From Caldicoprobacterales bacterium (lineage in GTDB: Bacteria > Bacillota > Clostridia > Caldicoprobacterales > UBA3941), in NCBI GenBank assembly GCA_050949255.1, contig JBMNFJ010000016.1:12665-76664 (forward strand): a DNA stretch of 64,000 bases. Reading direction: 5' to 3'. Of the stretch, positions 17,821 to 27,000 are shown piece after piece; position 1 is the stretch's first letter; each line of letters opens with the position of its first letter. Position numbers and translations under genes: made by a program. A model generated the notes under the pieces. The model saw only the letters and a program-made list of their open reading frames with translations, ran no database searches and was not told the DNA's origin.

Positions 17821-18855
17821 ATGAATAGTATATTGCGTAAACGAAAGCCCGATTTCACCAATCTCCAAAAGGTATTGGAGTGTAAAAAGCCGGATAGACC
17901 GACCCTCTTCGAATTATTCATGAACGATTCCCTATACGAGATATTGACAGGTAGAAAAAGACCGAATAGGGAGGACGAACTTGAGCATTTAAAATTCGTT
18001 GTGGATGCCTTTGAAGCTGCTGGATATGATTATGCCACTACTCATGGATCAAAGTTTATGTTCATCGAGGGGCAGGAGAAACACAAGGAGACTATTTCCC
18101 TGAATGCCCGCGAGATAATATTTGATGAGAAGAGCTTTAGTGATTTTAAATGGGAGGATCCGGAAGACTATGACTATTCCAAGCTGGAGAAGATAGGGGA
18201 TTATCTCCCTCATGGGATGAAACTTGCAGTCATGGGACCGGGCGGCGTGTTGGAGAATGTAATATCCTTGACAGGCTATGACAATCTCTGCTACATGCTG
18301 TATGATGACCCCGAGCTATTAAAACAGGTATTTGACAATGTGGGACAAAGGCTGGTTAAATATTATGAAATAGCTGCTCAACACGATAGCGTTGGGCTGA
18401 TAATATCCAACGATGATTGGGGTTTTAACACCCAAACCTTCTTACCCCCCTGGGCTATGAGTGAATATGTTTACCCCTGGCACAAGAAAATAGTGGATAC
18501 GGCCCATAGGTATAATAAGCCTGTTATATTGCATTCATGTGGATATTATTTAGATACCATGGAGGTATTGATCACTGATCTTAATTACGATGGCAAACAT
18601 TCCTTTGAAGATAATATCCTCAGGGTAGAGGACTCATATGACAGGTGGAAGGGCAGAATAGCTATTCTGGGCGGTATGGATGTTAACTTTGTAATTGAGG
18701 CCTCGGAGGAGGATATAAAGAGAAGATCCCGTAATATGATAGAGAAGAGCCTGGACTGTGGCGGGTATGCCTTGGGCACAGGAAACAGTGTCCCTGAGTA
18801 TATACCCGTAGAAAAATATCTGGCCATGATTTCAGTTATCCATGATGTATATTAG
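17821..18855 (+). CDS. Second, divergent URO-D/MtaA-CmuA-family protein
   Basis: 344 aa, with KPDRPTLFELFMND N-terminus, an ILHSCG motif and GGMD. RBS is GGGAGGAG. Confidence 0.65.
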   Translation: MNSILRKRKPDFTNLQKVLECKKPDRPTLFELFMNDSLYEILTGRKRPNREDELEHLKFVVDAFEAAGYDYATTHGSKFMFIEGQEKHKETISLNAREIIFDEKSFSDFKWEDPEDYDYSKLEKIGDYLPHGMKLAVMGPGGVLENVISLTGYDNLCYMLYDDPELLKQVFDNVGQRLVKYYEIAAQHDSVGLIISNDDWGFNTQTFLPPWAMSEYVYPWHKKIVDTAHRYNKPVILHSCGYYLDTMEVLITDLNYDGKHSFEDNILRVEDSYDRWKGRIAILGGMDVNFVIEASEEDIKRRSRNMIEKSLDCGGYALGTGNSVPEYIPVEKYLAMISVIHDVY

Positions 18856-18964
18856 GAATAAACAACTCCAACCATAATATTCATCATCTATAGATAGATT
18901 TATTTTCCGTATTGTTTATCCATAGATGAGGATGGGACTTTCTTATAGATTTGCCGAGAATACT

Positions 18965-19013
18965 CATGAATTCATTCGTGAGATGAATCGACAAAGAATT
19001 GAATGAATTCATG
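18965..19013. promoter_or_regulatory. Two copies of the palindrome ATGAATTCAT inside a 13-bp inverted repeat; candidate operator
   Basis: CATGAATTCATTC (18965-18977) and GAATGAATTCATG (19001-19013). A third half-site ATGAATC lies between them. The element sits immediately upstream of a TATAAT at 19043-19048. Confidence 0.45.
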
Positions 19014-19265
19014 AAATACTAGTTCTTTAATATAAAATGGTATATAATTAAGGCAGAACAACACCCGGCACAAGGGGGTGAAATCTATGGAATCTTCGCC
19101 CATAGGTATATTCTGCGGTAGCTCTAAGTCCTTATTGCCTAGTGAAAAACCCGGCTAGACTCAGACAGCCGACCCGGGGTAGAAGCGATTTGGACACCCC
19201 TTGGCTGGAAGCGACAGAATCTCGTGACTTTAGTCATGGGAGGATCAATGAAAGGAGTATGTATC

Positions 19266-20228
19266 ATGGACGTTTTAGAACGAATAGGTAAAATCGGTTT
19301 GGTTCCGGTGGTTGTTTTGGAAAAGGCTTCAGATGGTCCGCCAGTTGCTGCGGCTCTTTGTGACGGCGGGATTCCCATTATGGAGATCACCATGCGTACA
19401 GATGCCGGAATTGATGCCATCAAAGCGGTGAAGGCGTCGAATCCCGAGGTTTTGGTTGGGGCAGGAACGGTTCTTACGCTGGATAAGTGTAAGGAATCGG
19501 TTGATGCCGGGGCGGAGTTCATTGTAAGCCCGGGATTTAATCCCAAAATTGTCGATTGGTGCGTAAAAAATGACGTTCCGATAACTCCCGGATGCGTTAC
19601 CCCGACCGAAATCGAAATGGCGTTGGATAAGGGCCTTCGGGTTCTTAAGTATTTCCCGGCAGGCGTCTATGGCGGCATAAAGGGTTGCACTGCTTTGCAG
19701 GGTCCCTATAAGTCCATGGGTCTTAAGTTTATTCCTACCGGCGGAATTAGTTTGAAAAATCTCGATGAATATTCCGATAAAGAATTCATCCACGCCATTG
19801 GTGGCGGTTGGTTGAGTAATCCGAAGGATATTGCGTCGGGCAACTTTGATGCGATTCGTGAGACGGCAAAGCTATCGATAGCTCAGCTCTTGGGCTTCGA
19901 GTTTGCCCATGTTGGAATCAACACGGCTGATGATGACGATTCTAAAAAAGTCGCCGAGGAATTTGATGCGGTATTCGGTTTTGGTGTTAAATATGGCAAC
20001 AGTTCAAACTTTGCCGGAAGTGGCATTGAAGTCATGAAAGGCGCGGGTCTTGGTAAAAATGGGCATCTTGCAGTAAAGACCAACAATGTTGGACGCGCCA
20101 TCCACTATCTCGAGAGCAAGGGCTTTACCGTTGACATGGAATCTGCAAAATATAAGGGCGACACCATGGTTGCCGTATACCTCAAAGAAGAGATCGGCGG
20201 ATTTGCGGTTCACCTGCTTCAAAAATAA
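19266..20228 (+). CDS. KDPG/KHG aldolase fused to a C-terminal VOC (glyoxalase-like) domain
   Basis: ATG 19266 lies 8 nt after AAAGGAG. The N-terminal ~205 aa is Eda-like (GLVPVVVL, IMEITMRT, LKYFPA, IPTGGI). The C-terminal ~110 aa (FAHVGINT...GHLAVKTNNVGRAIHYLESKGF...GGFAVHLLQ) follows the VOC pattern. Confidence 0.75.
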   Translation: MDVLERIGKIGLVPVVVLEKASDGPPVAAALCDGGIPIMEITMRTDAGIDAIKAVKASNPEVLVGAGTVLTLDKCKESVDAGAEFIVSPGFNPKIVDWCVKNDVPITPGCVTPTEIEMALDKGLRVLKYFPAGVYGGIKGCTALQGPYKSMGLKFIPTGGISLKNLDEYSDKEFIHAIGGGWLSNPKDIASGNFDAIRETAKLSIAQLLGFEFAHVGINTADDDDSKKVAEEFDAVFGFGVKYGNSSNFAGSGIEVMKGAGLGKNGHLAVKTNNVGRAIHYLESKGFTVDMESAKYKGDTMVAVYLKEEIGGFAVHLLQK

Positions 20229-20358
20229 AGTATCTAGTCATGATTTCGGTTATTTATGATGTGTATTAGGAAGGGATCAGGTGCCCAACGCAAAGTTATC
20301 AAGTTGGGATAATGACCAGATTATACATAAAATCCCGTCCATGTCTATAGAATTTAGT

Positions 20359-20382
20359 AAGAGGCCTATGGCCTCTTTTTTT
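20359..20382 (+). terminator. Rho-independent terminator
   Basis: AAGAGGCC-tat-GGCCTCTT followed by TTTTT. Confidence 0.85.
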
Positions 20383-20583
20383 CTGCCGGTCTGTGGGAGA
20401 GGTTGATCGCCTGCTCTATTAGTTTTGTTCCGCATATATGGTGTAATAATATTCACTCATAACCCCCAGATAATTGTAATTTCTATACAATTTATGATAA
20501 AATAAAATCACGGGCTGAATGATGATATCCGTAACGAGACTATACCAACAGTAGGGGAAACATGAAAGTGGGGGCTTTGTTTC

Positions 20584-23500
20584 ATGAGTTTAAGGTTGAT
20601 CTACGGCAGATCCGGAACTGGGAAGAGCCATTTTTGCATGCAGGAAATTCGGAATATTTTGGAAGAACAATTAAGGGGACAGCCCAAAAGGCCACTTATC
20701 CTTCTTGTGCCCGAGCAGTATTCCATGCAGGCAGAAAGAGCTCTGGTCCAAACAGCACCAAGGGGAGGGGCCATAGATGCTCAGGTTCTTAGTTTTAGAC
20801 GGATGGCATACAGGGTATTCAATGAGGTAGGTGGATTTACCAGAAGGCATATAAGTCCTTCGGGCAGGTCCATGCTCATTTATCGTATAATTCAGGAGCT
20901 AAAGGATAATCTCAATTATTTTGGGAAGGTGGCAGGACAATCCGGTTTCGTAAGTACCATATCGGAACTTATCTCTGAACTAAAGAGATATAATATCACC
21001 CCTGATTCCATTGAAGAGCTGCACACTAGGATTGAAGACGAAGCATTAAAGGAAAAACTCAAAGAGATCGGTGCCATATACCGCAGGTTTGAGGAGACAT
21101 TACATTTAAGATACATAGACGCTGACGATGATCTTACCCTAATGGCTGAAAAACTGCCTGAATCTACTCAGTTTGATGGGGCTGAGATTTGGATCGATGA
21201 ATTTTCAGGGTTTACCCCTCAAGAGTATAGCGTTATAGAGGAGCTGCTTAAGAAATCCAAACGGGTCAATGTATGCCTATGTACCGACTATCTGTTCGAT
21301 GAGATACCCTTTTCTAGCGGAGATGTTTTTACTCCGGTACGAAATACAGCCTTGAAACTAAGGGAGCTGGCGCAAAAAAATCAAATTGCTATTGAGAAGG
21401 CCGTAACCTTCAAAGAGGAGCCCTTCTACAGGTATAAGGACAGTCCGGAACTGGCCCATCTGGAGGGCTACTTTTTTACCTATCCCTATAAAAGATATAC
21501 TAAACCAACCAAGGATATAGAAATATTTACTGCCAGCAATATTTATACCGAGATAGAAGAGGCAGCGCGAAGCATTCAATCCCTTTGCATGGAAAAGGGC
21601 ATCAGATTTAAGGATATAGCGGTGGTCACGAGGAATTTGGCAGAATACGAAGGCCTTATATCAGCCATATTTCCTCAATACTCCATTCCCTTTTTCATAG
21701 ACAGGAAAAAGCCCGTTGACAGCCATCCCCTGGTTACTCTGGTATTATCCATGATGGATATCTTCGTGCATAATTGGTCCTATGAGTCGGTGTTCAGGTA
21801 TTTAAAGACAGGTCTGACCGGGATAGCCAGGGAGGAAATAGACATCCTGGAGAACTATGTCCTGGCAAATGGCATAAGGGGGAACCAATGGACAAGGGAG
21901 GAGGACTGGGATTACAGGCCGGATTCGGGGTTTTATTCAGGAGAAATGACGGAGCGGGAGCTTTCCATAATAGACAGAGTGAACCGTACCCGCCGGAATG
22001 TTCTAAAGCCCCTTATGGATTTTCGAAAGAAAACCAGGGGACGCACCCCAGTACGGGATATGTGCAGTGCGGTCTATGAGTTTTTATGTGAATTAGAAAT
22101 ACCTGAGTTAATAGAAGAACGCATTGATGACTTAAGGGAAGCAGGCTCCCTAAGCCTGGCCAACGAGTATGGACAGATCTGGAATATTGTAATGGAAGTA
22201 CTGGATCAGACGGTAGAAGCCATGGGAGAGGAAAGCATGGGGATCGAGAGATTCCGGGAAGTTTTGTCCATAGGCTTTAGCGAGCATAAGATCGGCCTTA
22301 TTCCTCCTTCTCTTGATCAGGTGTTGGTAGGAAGTGTAGAGAGATCCAGGAGCCATGAGATTAAGGCCTTATTTATTCTGGGAGTGAATGATGGGGTCTT
22401 TCCGGCACCACCGGGAGAAGAAGGGATACTTTCCGACGGGGATAGGAATGTCCTTCGGAATATGGGGGTGGAACTGGCCCAGGACACCAGGACCCGGGCA
22501 TATGAGGAACAGTTTATAATCTATTCTACCCTATCCACCACCGGAGGCAGCCTATTTATAAGTTATCCCATTGCAGATCATGAAGGCAGGACCATGAGAC
22601 CTTCCATCATAATCTCAAGGCTAAAAAAGCTCTTTCCCAGGATAAGGGAGCGCAACAACCTGTCGGAGACAAACAAACCGGAGGAAATATTCAATATGGT
22701 CTCTGCACCGCTTCCCACCTTCAATCAACTTATCTCTGCTGTAAGGCAGGGTATATTGGGTCATGGGGTTAATCCCATGTGGAAACATGTAAGAGATTGG
22801 TATGTAAGCCAAGATTCCTGGAAGGAAAGGGTAGACAGGGTAGTAGAGTGGATGGACTATACCAATCAAGTAGAAAAGGTGGGAGCAAAAAGGGCGGCTA
22901 TGCTCTACGGATCGCCTATGTATTCCAGCATATCAAGGCTGGAGCAATATGCATCCTGTCCGTTTTCCTACTACTTAAGGTATGGGCTCGGGGCCAGGGA
23001 GAGAAGGGTTTATAGGCTTACACCACCGGACATGGGCAGCTTTATGCACGATTGTATAGATGCATTCTCTTCCAGGATAAAGGATGCCGGTATAGGCTGG
23101 GAAGATTTTGATAGGGAATGGTGCCGTCAGGAGATTTCTATCATCGTGGATGAGCTGTTGGAAAAGAGGATGGGTTGGCTGATAAATAATAGTGATCGCT
23201 ATAGATATTTAGTCGTTCGCTTAAAGCGGGTTGTAGCCAGGGCTATTTGGGTCATAAGGGAGCATATTATAAGAAGTGGCTTTGAGCCCATAGGATATGA
23301 GGTGTCCTTTGGCGATTCTAAAAATGATATGTTTCCCCCCATCGTTCTTGAACTACCTTCCGGTGAGCAGGTTCACCTGGTTGGCAGAATCGACAGGGTC
23401 GATGCCCTTAAGGCTGATGAGGGGACCTACATCCGGATCATTGATTATAAATCAGGCAGCAGATCCTTTAAGTTGTCCGATGTCTATTATGGCCTTCAAA

Positions 23501-24054
23501 TACAGTTGGTCACCTACCTGGGGGCAGTAATGGATAATGGCAGGGGAATATTGGGGGACAAGATTTTGCCCGCCGGGATGTTATATTTTAAGATAGATGA
23601 TCCACTAATCCGGTTGACCGGTGAAGTAGATGAGGGAGATATAGAGAAAGCCATAATGAAGAAGCTTAAGATGGATGGATTGGTATTGGCGGATGTAAAT
23701 CTTATAAGGGAAATGGATCGGGATATCGACGGGGCATCCCTAATCGTACCGGCACGGATCAATAAGAACGGTAAGCTTGGAAAATCTTCCGCAGCCAGCA
23801 TGGAACAGTTCGATAATCTTTGCAGATACAGTAAGGACCTGCTAATCCGTATGGCTCAGGAGATAATAGAAGGCAATGCCTATATAAATCCCTATAGGGA
23901 TAAGAAGACGACGGCATGTAAGTATTGCCCCTATTCATCGGTTTGTCAATTCGATCCCTCATTTCAGGATAACCGTTATCGCTTTATAAAGGATATGAAA
24001 GAGGAAGAGGTCTGGGATAATATGAAGGACGGGAGGGATGGTAGTGGCCGGTAA
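20584..24054 (+). CDS. addB: Helicase-nuclease AddAB, subunit B
   Basis: N-terminal GRSGTGKS P-loop, C-terminal RecB-type nuclease, and Fe-S cysteines (CPFSYYL ... CKYCPYSSVC). 1156 aa. Confidence 0.95.
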   Translation: MSLRLIYGRSGTGKSHFCMQEIRNILEEQLRGQPKRPLILLVPEQYSMQAERALVQTAPRGGAIDAQVLSFRRMAYRVFNEVGGFTRRHISPSGRSMLIYRIIQELKDNLNYFGKVAGQSGFVSTISELISELKRYNITPDSIEELHTRIEDEALKEKLKEIGAIYRRFEETLHLRYIDADDDLTLMAEKLPESTQFDGAEIWIDEFSGFTPQEYSVIEELLKKSKRVNVCLCTDYLFDEIPFSSGDVFTPVRNTALKLRELAQKNQIAIEKAVTFKEEPFYRYKDSPELAHLEGYFFTYPYKRYTKPTKDIEIFTASNIYTEIEEAARSIQSLCMEKGIRFKDIAVVTRNLAEYEGLISAIFPQYSIPFFIDRKKPVDSHPLVTLVLSMMDIFVHNWSYESVFRYLKTGLTGIAREEIDILENYVLANGIRGNQWTREEDWDYRPDSGFYSGEMTERELSIIDRVNRTRRNVLKPLMDFRKKTRGRTPVRDMCSAVYEFLCELEIPELIEERIDDLREAGSLSLANEYGQIWNIVMEVLDQTVEAMGEESMGIERFREVLSIGFSEHKIGLIPPSLDQVLVGSVERSRSHEIKALFILGVNDGVFPAPPGEEGILSDGDRNVLRNMGVELAQDTRTRAYEEQFIIYSTLSTTGGSLFISYPIADHEGRTMRPSIIISRLKKLFPRIRERNNLSETNKPEEIFNMVSAPLPTFNQLISAVRQGILGHGVNPMWKHVRDWYVSQDSWKERVDRVVEWMDYTNQVEKVGAKRAAMLYGSPMYSSISRLEQYASCPFSYYLRYGLGARERRVYRLTPPDMGSFMHDCIDAFSSRIKDAGIGWEDFDREWCRQEISIIVDELLEKRMGWLINNSDRYRYLVVRLKRVVARAIWVIREHIIRSGFEPIGYEVSFGDSKNDMFPPIVLELPSGEQVHLVGRIDRVDALKADEGTYIRIIDYKSGSRSFKLSDVYYGLQIQLVTYLGAVMDNGRGILGDKILPAGMLYFKIDDPLIRLTGEVDEGDIEKAIMKKLKMDGLVLADVNLIREMDRDIDGASLIVPARINKNGKLGKSSAASMEQFDNLCRYSKDLLIRMAQEIIEGNAYINPYRDKKTTACKYCPYSSVCQFDPSFQDNRYRFIKDMKEEEVWDNMKDGRDGSGR

Positions 24055-27000
24055 AATAAAGTGGACAAGGGAGCAATTGGATGCCGTAAGGGTTAAGGGT
24101 AGTAATCTTTTGGTAGCGGCCGCCGCGGGAGCAGGAAAAACGGCGGTTTTGGTAGAGAGAATAATTCAAAGGATTATGGATCCAAAGGACTCGGTGGACA
24201 TAGACCGATTGTTGGTGGTTACCTTTACTAATGCAGCTGCCACGGAGATGAAAGAGAGAATAGGGGATGCTCTTTCCGACGCTTTGGAGAACGATCCCGA
24301 ATCTGAAGTTTTACAGCGCCAGCTGGCTCTTTTAAATAGGGCCAGTATAACCACCATACACTCCTTCTGTCTGGAGGTTATAAAGAATAATTTCCATCAA
24401 TTGGACATTGATCCCAACTTCCGAATAGCCAATGAAACCGAAGGGCTTCTTTTAAAGTTGGAGGCTTTGGAGGAGCTTTTTGAAGATAGGTACCTACAAG
24501 ACGAGATGGACGAGGATTTCCTGGATTTGGTAGAAAGTTACAGCAGCAATCGGGATGATAAAAGGCTTCAGGATATGGTATTGGGGCTCTATGATTTTGT
24601 ACAAAGCCATCCATGGCCTGAGGAATGGCTCCACAACCATAGCCGTGCTTTTAATATCCCATACGGTACCGATCTGGGCAATACTCCATGGGGCAAGGAA
24701 CTTCTTGAAAGCACAAGAGTAGAAGTAATGGGGCTGGCAGAATCCATGGCCCAGGCTATTGATATAATAAAAGGGGATCCGGGATTGCAGCCATATCTTA
24801 AAAACTTTGTGGAGGAGCATTCCGCTATAGAGGCTATCCTAAAGGGCTTTCATGAAGGCTGGGAAAGCGTCCATGATTATGTATCAAAAGTGGATTTCAA
24901 AAGGCTGCCCAGATACGGCAAGGATGCGGACAAGGATAAACAGGAGCAGGTAAAGAAGATACGGGACAATGTTAAGGCCGGCATAAAGAGAATTCAAGAC
25001 AGATTATTCGCTATAGAACCGGATCAGGTAATAAGGGATCTAAGGAGCCTTTATCCCAGGATGAAGTGCCTTATCGATCTGGTTTTGGAGCTGGGAGAGA
25101 GGTACCAGGCGAAGAAGAGGGACAAGGGACTGGTAGACTTTAACGATCTGGAGCATATGTGCCTTGAAATCTTGCTGGATGAGGATGAGAACGGCGAAAG
25201 AATCCCCTCAGAGATCGCTCTAAACCTTCGTGAAAGATACGAAGAGGTTCTGGTGGATGAATATCAGGACAGCAATCTGGTGCAGGAGGTGATCCTTAGC
25301 ACCATTTCCAGAAAGTATGACCAAAGGCCCAATATGTTTATGGTGGGGGATGTGAAGCAGAGTATCTATCGCTTCCGTCAAGCAAGGCCGGATCTATTTC
25401 TGGAAAAGTATTTCTCTTATTCCTTGAAGCCGGGATCCAGAGACCGAAAGATTCAACTCTTTAAGAATTTCAGAAGTCGAAAGAGTATTATCGACGGGGT
25501 CAACTTCATTTTCAGTCAGATAATGTCCAAAAACGTAGGAGAACTGGATTATGATGATGAGGAAGCACTAAATCTCGGTGCAGTCTTTAAGGAGGGGGCA
25601 CATGGTGAACCGCCGGAGGGCGAGCCCATAGAATTTCATATAATCGATATGAAAGACGATGCTTCCCCTGAAGATGCAGAGCCCTACCAAAATACGAGCT
25701 CTGACTATGGGGACCTCGGCGAGGATGACGAAGATGGTGAAGACGGCGATGAAGGGGCAAGGGGAGAACCCCTGGATATTATCCAGACCGAGGCCAGAAT
25801 AATTGCCCGCAGGATATTGGAGCTGGTTTCACCGGAAGGCAAGGGGAAGCCCGCCAGGATCTTTGATAAAGCCAAAGGCGATTATCGGAAGGCAGAATTC
25901 AGGGATATAGTCATACTACTTAGAACTACCGTCAATTGGGCGGATACTTTTCAGGAGGAATTATCCTTACAGGGAATACCGGTATACTCTGACAGTGGTA
26001 CCGGCTACTTTAAAACCATTGAGGTACAGACCATGCTATCCCTGCTTCAGATAATTGACAACCCTATGCAGGACATCCCATTGCTGGCGGTATTAAGATC
26101 CCCCATAGAATCGTGGAGCCCTGAGGAGCTTATCGATGTCAGGCTTGTGGACCGGGAATCTACCTTCTACGAAGCCCTTGTCAAAAAGGCCCAGGAAGGG
26201 GAGGACAGGCTCGCCCAAAAGGCCCGGGCGTTTATTGACAAATTAAATAGATGGCGGGATATATCCCAGTATATGTCCACCGATGAGCTCATATGGTATC
26301 TTTACGGAGAAACAGGATATTACAGCTGTGTTGGGGCCCTTCCCGGCGGGGTGCAGCGCCAGGCAAACCTTAGAATCCTGTTTGAGAGAGCACGCCAATA
26401 CGAGGAAACCAGTTACAAGGGGTTATTTAACTTTATCCTCTATATTGACAGGCTAAAAACCGGCCAGGGGGATATGGGCAGCGCTAAGATTCTAGGGGAA
26501 AATGAAAATGTGGTCAGGATAATGAGTATACACAAGAGTAAGGGTCTGGAATTCCCCATAGTGTTTGTGGCTGGATGTGGGAAACAGTTCAATCTTATGG
26601 ATACTACAAGAAACATCCTATTTCACCATGACTTAGGATTAGGGCCGGATTATGTGGACTATGACAGGAGGATAATATATTCCACATTGGCCAAAGAAAG
26701 CCTTAAGCACAGGATTACCTTGGAGACCCTTTCAGAGGAGATGCGGATCCTATATGTTGCTTTGACCAGGGCAAGGGAGAGGCTGATCATAACCGGTGCT
26801 GTTAAAGATTTAAGGCGGGAAGTCAGCAGGTGGGCAGATGCCCTTGCAATTGAGGATTTAAAACTTCCCGAATACGAAACAATGAGGGCAAGGAGATTTC
26901 TGGACTGGATAGGCCCAGCTATAATCAGACATAAGGATGGATTGCCTTTAAGGCAGATTCTTGATCCAGAGGGAATGGATACGGATAGGCTTATAGCTCA

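Noticed and set aside
19060-19223. Possible cobalamin or ykkC-type riboswitch, suggested by AGGGGGTGAAATC and AAAAACCCGGCTAGA.
   Set aside because: The similarity is only local. No B12 box (GCCACTG-like) is present, and neither are the GGTCCGAGAG/CTAGGGTTCCG blocks of ykkC. I kept it only as an unclassified structured leader.
20281-20406. 41-codon ORF (GTG start after AGGAAGGG) downstream of the eda-VOC gene.
   Set aside because: The frame reads straight through the strong terminator hairpin at 20359-20382 and has no recognisable features. It is most likely fortuitous.
20562-20792. 76-aa ORF overlapping the addB start.
   Set aside because: It is out of frame with addB, whose N-terminal P-loop region is clearly coding. 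There is no independent support.
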